DNA of 64,000 nt from Leucoraja ocellata. Taxonomy: Eukaryota. The position numbers and the translations under genes were made by a program. Positions 11,739 to 22,518 of this stretch are shown in pieces (the stretch's first letter is position 1; the number at the start of each line of letters is the position of its first letter). The stretch lies in the NCBI GenBank assembly GCA_036785375.1, contig JAWMAR010000316.1:372001-436000 (forward strand), written 5' to 3'. The notes under the pieces were generated by a model. It searched no databases and was not told the DNA's origin. It was given only the letters and a program-made list of their open reading frames with translations.

Positions 11739-13158
11739 TGAATACAATTTGAATATATAAATATACAGAACAAAAACTGTGCATTCTCCCTGTCTATACA
11801 TTCAATAGTGTCATACTCAGTCGTGTTTCCACCTTGAGGAAACTGTGCAGAGAAGATAAGGTGTCTGGGAACGGCAATTTTGCAACGGGACAATATGGTG
11901 AGAAGGAAAATATGAATTGGTAGCATTACAATTAAGAGTTTTCTAACCTGAGAAAAGAAGATATGTGATGTTTATTCAGCCTTTGGATTAGTGACATTTT
12001 GAAATAAGTCGTATAAGAGTCACAAAAGTCTGGGGTTAGAACAAAGGCCTCCTTTGGAAGATTGAAAGAAAAAAATCCTACGTAAGAAGGGCAGTCTGGG
12101 GTATCGGTGGCTAGAACCCAGGAACAGTCAATGCAGGGGCGGGGGGGTCCTGAGTTGAAATGTAGAGATGTTTACACCCCACATAAAGAGTGGATCTGGC
12201 CAAGTACAAGTTGTATTTGAGTCCAAGCTGAACATCTTGTGATTTAGTGTAAGTAGTAATAAGCTGCAGCAGCAAATCAAGTGTGAGGTCGTTAGAAATC
12301 TGTGGCTTACATGCATGCTTAGGTAATTGGAAGTACTAATACAGATGAAGTTGCACTAAAACTTGGTTTTGAGTCTGTTGTTCAATGTCAGATGATAGCC
12401 TATAAGAGGTAACAGGGTCAACAACACAGAGACATGGACCAGAAAATGGAGTGGTCACACTGCACAAACCTGGGATGGGAGAGGTCACAAAGAACAGGCC
12501 AAAGGTGAGAGGTCACAATGAACAGACCAGACGTGGAGAGGTCCCACTACACAGAGACGTAGACTGGGGATGGGAGAGGACATTGTCAACCTTTCGGACA
12601 ACACCATCAAAGCATTCTTTGAGAGTGTTTGGTGTCAGTTTACTGAAACAAGCTGGGATATCACCCTCTTTAAGAATGCAGTGGAAGGAAGTGCAGTTGA
12701 AGCTGTTAACTTTATCTCTAAATAAGTAAGGTGCCACATTAATGAATATTGACTTGATGTTCAGAAAACTGAACTGTCACAAAAAATCAGTCACTGGGTA
12801 GCAATGAGAAGCAGGAACTGCCACAGATTTCCCCGCACTAACCCAGAATCAATTGGACAACAAACAGGAACATGGTTTGGACTGATACCCTGACGTTGGT
12901 CCAGGAAGAGGACACAGGACGATTAATTTACTGAAACTGACTTTTAATAGGCTTAATGAAAAAGTTATTCCCAGGTTAGTTTGGTGTTCAGCGTGAAGTA
13001 CCTTAAGCTTTTAAATTAAAACCAAATCTGTTCATGCCCACATGGCCAAAGAATTTAATTTAGTTCAGTCATTAAGACTACAAGTAAAAGTAAGCAATCG
13101 CATGTGGGCCAAAGTGAGGTAAAAGGCGTTTCTAAAACTAGCATAACATGTAGAGTTA

Positions 13159-13662
13159 AGGGCCTGTCCCACCAGCATGCGATTGCATGCGTCTAGCGCA
13201 ACCAAACGAAAGCGGAGTTCGCGCTAAGTTCGCGGTAAGTACGCGGTATGTACGCGCTAAGTACAGACAAAATTCGCACGTGACGTAATTGACGTCAAAC
13301 TCACCAATCAGCTGAGCAGGAGGCGGGCCGACTGAATTTGGACGTCGCATGGCGTCGGGCGGTGACGTCATCGCGCAACGCCACGTGCTAGGCGTAGGCC
13401 GTCAAGACTCTGCGTATGCCGTCAAGACGCTGCGTACGCTGTCGAGACGCTGCGTACGCCCTCAATGCACCTGCGGGCCGACAGGCCGTTGGCGCGCGGG
13501 ATTTTCGGACAGTGCAAGATTTTCGGAGCCCGCGCAACATTGGGACCAGCCCCGCACGACTCCATACGCCTCCGACGATCGAAGTGGTATCTGCCCCGCA
13601 AGGCCTTACGCCTCAAGCGACCACATTTGGTTGCGCTATCGCATGCTGGTGGGACAGGCCCT
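13159..13662. mobile_element. PIF/Harbinger-type MITE, 504 bp
   Basis: Perfect 25-bp TIRs AGGGCCTGTCCCACCAGCATGCGAT and TTA target duplication on both sides; CpG-rich interior. Confidence 0.88.
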
Positions 13663-14413
13663 TTACACACAACAAAGTTGCGTTTAATATTCATGATCTT
13701 TTGAACTAGTTGCATCAATATCAGGGGAAACATGCCCAGAAAACAACAATGCAATCAAGCTGAAACTCCAGGTCAGAGAAATGAAATAGGTGATTACGTT
13801 AGCAATCTAACTTAATGATCTCAATGAATCTGAAGCATTTAGTTAATACAATGTAATTCAGCTAAGCACAAAAATAAATTCCAACCAAAAGTCATTTCAA
13901 TCCCCAAGTGCTAGTTCTGGGTGAGGTAGTACACCGTGCTGTGTGGCCGTGTTTATAATTCCATGAATTTCATTAGCTGTTATTTCTCACCTTAATTAAA
14001 AGAGTTGGCAAAATCACAGGGAATTAAAACATGTAATATCTGAAAATATGGCTATTAATGGGTCATTAATTACAGCAAAACATTGGCATTATTTTATGTT
14101 TTATTAAATCAGCACTCCATCCTAAAGGTTGGACCTTGAGTGGCATGTGCCATTGTGAAGTGATGCCAGGTCTGTGCCAAATCTTGCCCACAGGCAGGTT
14201 TCCTGTGCCTGATCTCATCCCGTCCACATATAGCCTAGAGAGGATCAGTAGCTGCTGGTCTGTTGACTGTCAGACAGAGGTGGTATGAACTGCACCGCAG
14301 ACTATGCAAAGAGAAGAGGGAATATAAATACCTCAAAGGACAGAGAATGATTGCCGACTCAAGGCAGCCTCCCACGCTGGAAATAATGAGAATAATGGAG
14401 ACGAACAATTCCT

Positions 14414-14793
14414 GCACTTTGTCTCTCAAAATCCTGAACATACCTCTCCTGTGTAAGAGGAAACCATTCACCAGCCCAATTAATTCTGATCAGAGCCAAT
14501 CAGGTACAAAAAGAATTCTCATCTCACAGCGGATCACATATTAACTAAACTAATGGAAAACTAATGCTTCTCCTTTAAACATATTTCCAGGGCTCAAATT
14601 AATAGTCCTATCAAATGCTTTGACGCACTATTTACTGCCACGACTCTACAAAATCTATCAAATCCAGTAATTACACAATTCGAAACATAAATATAACGGC
14701 TCAAATCCACCGCCAAGCTAAGCTGCTCCTACAGAGCATTCTTTGTGAGAACCAACAAATATTTCAATTTTACATGTTTTTCTTCTTTCCCCA
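14414..14793 (+). repeat. Copy 2 of the local duplication (partner 11384-11738)
   Basis: Same orientation, small indels. Confidence 0.9.
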
Positions 14794-15164
14794 TAAATAT
14801 TTTTTTCTTCTTTTTTTCCCAAAAATAAATTTTACTTAGAATGAAAAAATATATATACACAAAATAAAAATAATGCAAAAATGCTTCATACATTCTCAGC
14901 AACTATATACTCAACAGCGTCATACTCAGTAGTGCTCGCACCTATCTTTAAACAAAACACCTTTAGCACTCATGTGGTTCCCTGGAATGACATCCTTCCC
15001 ATGTTTGAGGAGATAGACACAAAAAGCTGGAGTAACTCAGCGGGACAGGCAGCATCTCTGGAGAGAAGGAATGGGTGGCACTTCGGGTCGAGACCCTTCT
15101 TCAGAGGAGTTTCCCCACTGGATTCCAGAGAGGTCATATTCCAAAGTCCAGCAATGGTTCTTAC

Positions 15165-15305
15165 CTGTACATCTGTTAGCCACGTCTTTATAATACCCTT
15201 CAGGACAATGTGGGACACATTTCCCATTGTGGACAACTCTGCCTTCTGAACAGCTCAGGCATTTTGCGTTGTCAAGGTGACAAGTCTGGCAAGAGGAGTC
15301 ACATG
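15165..15305 (-). CDS. FRAS1: FRAS1 coding exon, furin-like repeat (CDSSCQTCHLDNAKCLSCSEGRVVHNGKCVPHCPEGYYKDVANRCT)
   Basis: 141 bp, acceptor ttcatctgcag, donor gtaaga, phase 1-1. Confidence 0.93.
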
Positions 15306-15564
15306 CTGCAGATGAAGCAAATAGAAAGAAAACAAGTAAAACCAAGCAGATTAAACCTCTCTCTCAGTAAAACTACATTAGCTAATTACCTAGAACATTC
15401 ATGCACACAGTTATTAGGTTGAAATTAACGTACATTTCCAGTGCCTCGAGCAATCCCTTTATTTCCGGAAACTTCTGTAAGTCTTGGGACATATCTATCT
15501 TCTATGATGCAAGATATTTCATACATCACCAATTTCTAAAATAAAAGCAGCAAGAGCCCATGGG

Positions 15565-16305
15565 AGGTAGACAAAAATGCTGGAGAAACTCAGCAGGTGC
15601 AGCAGCATCTTTGGATCAAAGGAAATAGGCAAAATATCGGGCCGAAACCCTTCTTGAGACTGATGTATAGTGGGGGGAGGGGGGGGGGAGGTGCTGTTCC
15701 TCCAATTTCCGGTGGTGCTCACTCTGGCCATGGAGGAGGCCCAGAAAGAAAGGTGGGATATGGAATGGGAGGGGGAGTTGAAGTGCTGAGCCACAAGGAG
15801 ATCAGGTTGGTTAATGCAGACCGAGCTGAGGTGTTCGGCGAAACGATCGCCAAGCCTACGCTTGGTCTCACCGATGTAGATCAGCTGACATCTAGAGCAG
15901 CGGATGCAGTAGATTAGGTTGGAGGAGATGCAGGTGAACCTCTGTCACATGTGGAACGACTGCTTGGGTCCTTGAATGGAGTCGAAAAGGGAGGTAAAGG
16001 GACAAGTGTAGCATCTCTTGTGGTTACAAGGGAAAGTGCCTGGGGAGGGGGTGGTGCAGTGAATTGACCAGGGAAATTGGAGGAGCAGCACCTCATATTC
16101 CGCTTGGGCAGTTTGCACCCTAGCAGCATAAACATTGACTTCTCCAATTTCCGGTAGCCCTTGCTGTCTCCTTCCCTTCTCAGCTCTCCCTCAGCCGTCG
16201 GGCTCCACCTCTTTCTTTCTCCTTTCTTCTCCCCACCCCCGCTGAGTTTCTCCTGCACTTTTGTCTACCTTCAATTTTTCCAGCATCTGCAGTTTTCCAG
16301 CATCT
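15565..16305. mobile_element. Penelope-like element 3' fragment with internal inversion
   Basis: Minus piece encodes a GIY-YIG-region remnant (YIGETKRRLGDRFAEH, AQHFNSPSHS); from ~16071 the sequence continues on the + strand. Confidence 0.8.
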
Positions 16306-16309
16306 GCAG

Positions 16310-17070
16310 ATTATTATCTAAATGGTGTCAAGTTGGGAAAGTGAAAGTACAACAGGATCTGGGGGTCCTTGTTCATCAGTCAATAAAAGTAAGCATGCAG
16401 GTGCAGCAGGCACTGAAGAAAGCTAATGGCATGTTGGCCTTTAGAACAAGAAGATTTGAGTATAGGAGCAAAGAGGTCCTTCTGCAGTTGTATAGGGCCC
16501 TAGTGAGACCACACCTGGAGTATTGTGTGCAGTTTTGGTCCCTTAATTTGAGGAAGGACATTCTTGCTATTGAGGGAGTGCAGCGTAGGTTTACAAGGTT
16601 AATTCCCGGGATGGTGGCACTGTTATATGCTGAGAGAATGGAGCAGCTGGGCTTGTATACTCTGGAGTTTAGATGGATAAAAGGGGATCATTGAAACATA
16701 TAAGATTGTTAAGGGTTTGGACTCGCTAGAGGCAGGAAACGTGTTCCCGATGTTGGGGAGGTCCAGAACATGGGGCCACAGTTTAAGACTAAGGGGTAAG
16801 CCATTTAGAACGGAGACAAGGAAACACTTTTTCTCACAGAGTTGTGAGTCCGTGGAATTCTCCGACTCAGAAGGTGGTGGAGGCCGGTTCTCTGGATTCT
16901 TTCAAGAGAGAGCTAGATATGGCTCTTAAAGATAGCAGAGTCAGGGAATATGGGGAGAAGGGAGGAACAGGGTACTGATTGGGGATGATCAGCCATGATC
17001 ACATTGAATGGTGGTGCTGGCTCGAAGGGCTGAATGGCCTACTCCTGCACCTATTGTCTATTGTCTATTG
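16310..17070 (+). mobile_element. CR1-type LINE 3' fragment
   Basis: QDLGVLVHQS..KKANGMLAF..LVRPHLEYCVQFW; (CTATTGT)n tail. Confidence 0.9.
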
Positions 17071-18450
17071 ACATAATTGTAACTCCCACAATCCACCTCA
17101 TATTGGTGTTAGCTCATTCCATTTTTAACTTGTTGCGGGGATTGAGTGTTGCTGGCTAGCCACCATCCCAAATGGAGGCCAAACAATGTAGACGGTGATT
17201 GAACCAACAATCCCCCCTCCAGCCAATGCCCATCACTCTGCTTGAATACATACCACCACTACAAACAATTCAAGTCTCAAGAGTGATTTAATTTCATTTG
17301 TCCTTGAATGAAACCGTGAAATTCTTACGTGCTGTAGCGGGTTTATAAACACTGTCCTTAATAGATATATAATAAACAAAAAGTTTGATAAATTTAAAAA
17401 AATATAATGCAAAAATAAAAGAGAGCCCAAATTCCCCAGTGCAACCCAGTTTGTTGTTAGATGAAACAGAGGACTCAGCAAGGAGCCTTAATCACACAGA
17501 GCAGTTTTCCTGATTGAACCAAGGCAGCAACAACTCAAACTCTAAGCAGAGCAATGCCTATTTTGAATGTCAAGACCACCCTGGTCATTCATTTATAGGC
17601 CCAAGGCTCCATTCAGGTGGAAGTGGAGCCAGGAGCAACACCTCATTGTTTGACATCCCTTGGGAAGCTGCTGATGAATTTAATTCCAAGCAAGAGGAAC
17701 TAATTTTATTTTAATGGGCCAGCAGGTAGATACTGCACAGGTTTCTGAAGATTTCTTCGAGAAGGGATCCCATTTTGCCAATGATCATGTACATCCCTGT
17801 CTTGTAAATAATTGCAGTCCTTTGATCTGTGGCAGTGCTGTAACATTTCAACCATCTCAACAAAACAAGGAAAGAACACCAAGTAGCAAAGTTTACCCAC
17901 TGATTAAATGGTTATTGACCCTGGTATGCTGTCTACACAGTGAATGATCAATGTCATTACCATCCTACAAAATGTGGTAGAATTGACCGACGAAAGGTTC
18001 TGTGATTCTGCTTTCTGGGCCATCTCGCTGATGAGCTTTGAGTACTTGGCAGAACAAAATGGGCAAGGCAAAGATAATATTTGGTTGATGGCCAGTGCGG
18101 ATTTGATGGGCTGAAGGGTGTATTTTACATGCAGTGTCTCTCCATGGATCTAACTGTACAGTGTTGTTTAGCCATACCAGGAGTGTTCAGAACAGCTATG
18201 GTCTCCTTATTTGTGAAAGGATATAATAGTAAGATTAAACGAGAAATTACCAGTTTGAAGTTTGATCTGTATTTTATGAGGAGTTACGATGAGGGATTAC
18301 GTGAAGAGCCCGCTCAGCACGCATGCGCGGCATACTTCAAAGTAGCGGTGTGGAATCACAGATAGACACAGTTATTGAAATAAACACAGTAAAGAAAAGG
18401 AGACATCAGTTATCAGTTTGACCCATATTATTGAGGGTGGGAGCGGAGGG

Positions 18451-18563
18451 CACGTAATCCCTCATCGTAACTCCTCATAAAATACAGATCAAACTTCAAA
18501 CTAGTAAGTTCTAGTTTAATCTTACTATTTTACTTCAGAGTCACGTGAGTGACTACGTGAAGA
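18451..18563 (-). repeat. Internal complementary region (ICR) of DIRS copy A
   Basis: Reads cttact-ATT-ttacttc on the + strand; complementary to 18225-18303 (3 mismatches) and to 26588-26621 (a few mismatches). Confidence 0.9.
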
Positions 18564-18890
18564 TTTTAAAGCTCTGTGATTTCAAACCGTGTAACAGTTA
18601 TTACTTCACTCACTGCCGAAGTCCTTGAGGGAGGAAGTGTGTTATCGTAATCAACCAATGAATCTGTTTGTAGAAAAACACAATGGTATTTTTTAACAAT
18701 AACAACAAATAAATTTTACTTCGGAGTCACGTGAGTGACTACGTGAAGAACCCACCCAGCGCGCAGGCGCGGCATTACGTCAGCAGTGCAACAGCGGCAG
18801 CAGCTGGAGCCAGGCTCTCCAGCTGCAGCATAAAGACAAGACCTCAGGTAAGTGCCTTTTTTGTGTTACAGAGTCGCTCCAAGGAGAATT

Positions 18891-20108
18891 ATGGCCTCTC
18901 GAAAGCGACCAGCCAGGAGGACTGCCTGCCCAACTCCACCCGAGGAGGGGTCCATAGCTGGGCGGCAGCCTCTCGCAGCGGAGGAGCCTTTTCAACGCTC
19001 CCGCTCACCCGACACCGAGCCGCCCCCAGTGCTGCAGATATCAACGCCCCGCACAGGGAGGAAGGCGACTCATAAGACCGACCGGCCGGTGTCCTCCGAT
19101 GAATCGGAGGAACGGGAACACTCTCCCCCACCGAAAAGGGGAGACGCTCGGATCAGCTGCATGAGGCAGCTCCTAGAGCGAATGATTAACGAGGAGATGC
19201 AGGCTAGGCATCTCCCAGGAGGACGGGCTTTGGCCTCCTCCTCTCCACACCCTTCTGTACCCTCTATGTTCGAGGGCAGTAAGGGAGGCCAGGACTGGGC
19301 TGGCCTATCCCAAGGGCAGGCGGAGGATACCATCAGCATGCTGGGCGTGCTAGAAGAAGAGCTACTGGGTGTAGTGGGCCGATACGCAGCGCCCCCAACG
19401 ACTGGGATGGTATTGCCACCCAGAATGGCGGCCAGCATAAACAGGCTGTCCAACAACCCGCTGCAGGACAAGGCCGTCCAGCAGGCCCTTGACACATACA
19501 CAGCGCCAGAGAATTGCGAGGCGCTGAGGGTCAAAACGGTCAATGGGCAGATCTGGAACCAGCTGGGGCAGCAGATCAGGGCTCAGGAAGTCAAGATGCA
19601 GCGAGTCCTGAAGCTCCACTCAGCAGCCGTCACCGCCTTTGCTCGGTCCGTTGGGAATGAAGACCTGACCATACCCCAGCAGGATGCCCTCGCACTGATG
19701 TGCAGCACCACCTATGAGCTAAATAGCCTACGGCGGGACAACATCAGGCCTGCCCTCAACCCAACATATGCAGGCCTCTGCAAAGCTCCAGCGCCCGAAC
19801 GAGAGGCGCTGCTATTTGGTGCAGATCTGGCCAAAGGGCTGAAGGAGTTGGAAGAGGCGGCCAAACCAGTAGGCCTCATGAGGGCAGGGCCAGGACCGAG
19901 CAGGGTGAAGACACCCAGTTGGCAGCACGCCTCGGCAGCCACCAGCAGGTACCGAGCTGGTGAAAGCCTGGTGACCGCCTCCCACTACCCCCAGAGCTCT
20001 TTTTTAGAGCGGGGCCCAGGGCGGAGCCGTGGGAAGATGCGCCGCCCCACCGCAGCACCAACACGGACAACCTTGGGCCAAACCCACCGAAAACGACCCC
20101 ACAAGTAA
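18891..20108 (+). CDS. DIRS copy B ORF1 (gag-like), intact; first ATG at 18891
   Basis: Open frame (track ORF 18852-20108) immediately upstream of the RT ORF; homologous to copy A ORF1. Confidence 0.85.
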   Translation: MASRKRPARRTACPTPPEEGSIAGRQPLAAEEPFQRSRSPDTEPPPVLQISTPRTGRKATHKTDRPVSSDESEEREHSPPPKRGDARISCMRQLLERMINEEMQARHLPGGRALASSSPHPSVPSMFEGSKGGQDWAGLSQGQAEDTISMLGVLEEELLGVVGRYAAPPTTGMVLPPRMAASINRLSNNPLQDKAVQQALDTYTAPENCEALRVKTVNGQIWNQLGQQIRAQEVKMQRVLKLHSAAVTAFARSVGNEDLTIPQQDALALMCSTTYELNSLRRDNIRPALNPTYAGLCKAPAPEREALLFGADLAKGLKELEEAAKPVGLMRAGPGPSRVKTPSWQHASAATSRYRAGESLVTASHYPQSSFLERGPGRSRGKMRRPTAAPTRTTLGQTHRKRPHK

Positions 20109-20110
20109 AC

Positions 20111-21031
20111 ATGGAGGTAGGTGGGTCTGGTTCCTGTCAACATACACAGACAAAGGGTGTAGTATTAACAGGAGGACGTTTGAGGTTCTTCAAGCATGTT
20201 TGGTGCTCCCTTACTAACAATAAGTTTATACTCAACAGTATTAGTGGATACAAAATTGAGTTCAAACCAGGCATAGAACCGCCAGTTCAGCACATGCCCC
20301 AAAGGGTATTCCTTCCCTCAGCAGTTGAGAAGGTAGAAGGACAAGCTGAACTTAATCGGCTCGTGGCTAAAGGCATCATAGAAATGACCACACACGAGCC
20401 GCAAGAATTTGTATCAAATATTTTTCTCAAATCCAAAAAAGATGGTGGATGTCGCATTATTATTGATCTGACGTCACTTAATCAGTCTGTTGAGTATCAA
20501 CATTTCAAAATGGAGACATTTGTCACTGCCAGACAACTGATCTCCAAGGGATACTACATGGCAAGCATAGATATCAAAGATGCTTACTATTTGGTACCCA
20601 TTCATAAAGATTATTATAAATATCTGAAATTTATCTGGATGGGCCAGCTATGGCAGTACCGAGCCTTGCCCAATGGGTTAACGACGGCTCCCAGACTATT
20701 TACGAAAATTCTTAAAGTGGCCATGAAGAAATTGAGAGAACTAAAACATTTAGTCGTGGCCTATCTGGACGATGTTCTCATATTAGGGAGAACAAGGGAA
20801 CAAGCTGTCGCAGGAGTTTTAGCCACTAAACAACTCCTTGAAACTTTGGGAGCCTCTGGCATTCTGGTCGTACCCGACTGGCCTACCCAACCATGGTTCC
20901 CAATGTTCCACGACATGGTGGTAGAGACACCTATGGTCCTTCATAACCACCCCCAATTATTGACTCACCCGGTAACTGGCATTAGCCATCCATGCCACCA
21001 AAAATTGAACCTCCTGGTTTCCAGATTTTGA
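20111..21031 (+). CDS. DIRS copy B reverse transcriptase fused in frame to the MT C-terminus (RNase H deleted)
   Basis: IDIKDAY, LPNGLTTAPRLFTK, YLDD; junction ETLG|ASGILVVPDWPTQPWF at ~20851 where copy A has ~1 kb more. Confidence 0.9.
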   Translation: MEVGGSGSCQHTQTKGVVLTGGRLRFFKHVWCSLTNNKFILNSISGYKIEFKPGIEPPVQHMPQRVFLPSAVEKVEGQAELNRLVAKGIIEMTTHEPQEFVSNIFLKSKKDGGCRIIIDLTSLNQSVEYQHFKMETFVTARQLISKGYYMASIDIKDAYYLVPIHKDYYKYLKFIWMGQLWQYRALPNGLTTAPRLFTKILKVAMKKLRELKHLVVAYLDDVLILGRTREQAVAGVLATKQLLETLGASGILVVPDWPTQPWFPMFHDMVVETPMVLHNHPQLLTHPVTGISHPCHQKLNLLVSRF

Positions 21032-22002
21032 ACAGACCTTACCGGGGATTGGGGTTATCAGAGAGAACAATCACCACCATGTCGGCATCCCTGCGAGTTT
21101 CCACCAAAAAGCAGTACCTGACCTACATCAGGAAATGGGAACAGTACTGTCTGGAAGCAGGGACATCCTACAAGACGGCTTCGATCTCGGATGTGCTGGA
21201 GTTCCTGGCCCACCTGCACCACGACCTCAAGATGAGCTACAGTGCCATCAATACAGCTCGGAGCGCCCTGTCCGCATACCTCATGCCCATAGGACAGCAT
21301 AGTGTGGGATCCCACCCTCTGGTCATCAAACTCCTTAAGGGGATCTTTAACACCAAACCCCCTACATCTAGATACACCCATATGTGGGATGTGAGTGTAG
21401 TTCTAACACACCTTCGAGGTTGGCCTCCGGTGGGATCCCTGAGCCTGGAACAGTCCACTTATAAGACCCTTATGCTCATGGCGCTTGTCTCAGCTCAGAG
21501 GGTTCAGTCGCTGCATCAGCTAAATCTGAACTACATGGTGACCACCCCAGATACCATTACTTTCACCATGCCGGGGTTGGTAAAACAAAGTAGACCAGGT
21601 ACATCCAACTCCCCGTTGATCTTCCGGGCATACCCTCCAGAACCTAGGCTGTGTGTGGTGACCCACCTTCATCATTATTTAGACACTACCCAAACGCTTA
21701 GAGGGAGAGAGAAAGCCTTATGGGTTAGCCACAAAAAGCCTTTTGGACGGGTTACCAGCCAGACTTTATCCAGATGGTTGAAACAGGTCCTCAACATGGC
21801 AGGGATTAACACAGATGTTTTTAAATCCCATTCAACCAGGGCAGCGTCCACCTCAGCGGCGGATAGGATGCAGGTTCCCCTAGACCACATCCTCAGAGCA
21901 GCGGGATGGTCAAGGGAATCGACATTCCAAAGATTCTACAGAAAACCGCTGATGGAACAGGACGTCTTTGCGGAAAGCATTTTAGAAACCGCAAAGTTAT
22001 GA
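20992..22002 (+). CDS. DIRS copy B tyrosine recombinase (phage-integrase family), intact
   Basis: Catalytic residues present: R (SAQR), HxxR (HSTR), W (AGWS), Y (FQRFY); N-terminal integrase-like region (VLEFLAHL..SYSAINTARSALS). Confidence 0.92.
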   Translation: MPPKIEPPGFQILNRPYRGLGLSERTITTMSASLRVSTKKQYLTYIRKWEQYCLEAGTSYKTASISDVLEFLAHLHHDLKMSYSAINTARSALSAYLMPIGQHSVGSHPLVIKLLKGIFNTKPPTSRYTHMWDVSVVLTHLRGWPPVGSLSLEQSTYKTLMLMALVSAQRVQSLHQLNLNYMVTTPDTITFTMPGLVKQSRPGTSNSPLIFRAYPPEPRLCVVTHLHHYLDTTQTLRGREKALWVSHKKPFGRVTSQTLSRWLKQVLNMAGINTDVFKSHSTRAASTSAADRMQVPLDHILRAAGWSRESTFQRFYRKPLMEQDVFAESILETAKL

Positions 22003-22160
22003 TTTAAAGCCCAGGGGAGCTATTTTTTGTTATAGTTAATAAACATTTCTTTTATAACTAAACAAACTTGTTGGTCTTTAGATACCACTTCCTCCCTCGA
22101 TGATCTTTCGGCAGTGAGTGATATAACTGTTACACGGTTTGAAATCACAGACCTTTGAAG

Positions 22161-22273
22161 TCTTCACGTAGTCACTCACGTGACTCCGAAGTAAAATAGT
22201 AAGATTAAACGAGTACTTACCAGTACGAAGTTTGATCTGTATTTTATGAGGAGTTACGATGAGGGATTACGTG
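22161..22273 (+). repeat. Internal complementary region (ICR) of DIRS copy B
   Basis: Reverse complement of the 5' end (18716-18749) joined through AAT to the reverse complement of the 3' end (22418-22493). Confidence 0.95.
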
Positions 22274-22518
22274 CCCTCCGCTCCCACCCTCATTATATAG
22301 ATCAAATTCGGACTAATGTCTCGTTGGTCTTTACTATCTTTACTTCAACTAGTGTCTATCTGTGATTCCACACCGCTGCTTGGAAGTATGCCGCGCCTGC
22401 GCGCTGGGTGGGTTCTTCACGTAATCCCTCATCGTAACTCCTCATAAAATACAGATCAAACTTCGTACTGGTAAGTACTCGTTTAATCTTACTATTAAAT
22501 TGCTCCCCTGGGCTTAAA

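Larger units (their letters stand above)
18713..22496 (+). mobile_element. DIRS1-like retrotransposon, copy B (young, internally deleted), nested in copy A
   Basis: ITR core 18741-18775 is the exact reverse complement of 22388-22422; ICR 22161-22273 is exactly complementary to both element ends; ATT at both junctions. Confidence 0.95.

Noticed and set aside
18225-18780. Clustered repeats as a CRISPR array or prokaryotic integrase/retron system
   Set aside because: Fully explained by DIRS ITR/ICR architecture in a vertebrate intron; there is no repeat-spacer periodicity.
18848-18871. 24-nt GT-AG intron in the copy B leader
   Set aside because: Too short for vertebrate spliceosomal excision; only the donor is considered meaningful.
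20030-20034. TGGGA reinitiation (TURBS-like) motif upstream of the gag stop
   Set aside because: Copy A has TGGAA at the equivalent site, and a 5-mer is expected by chance.
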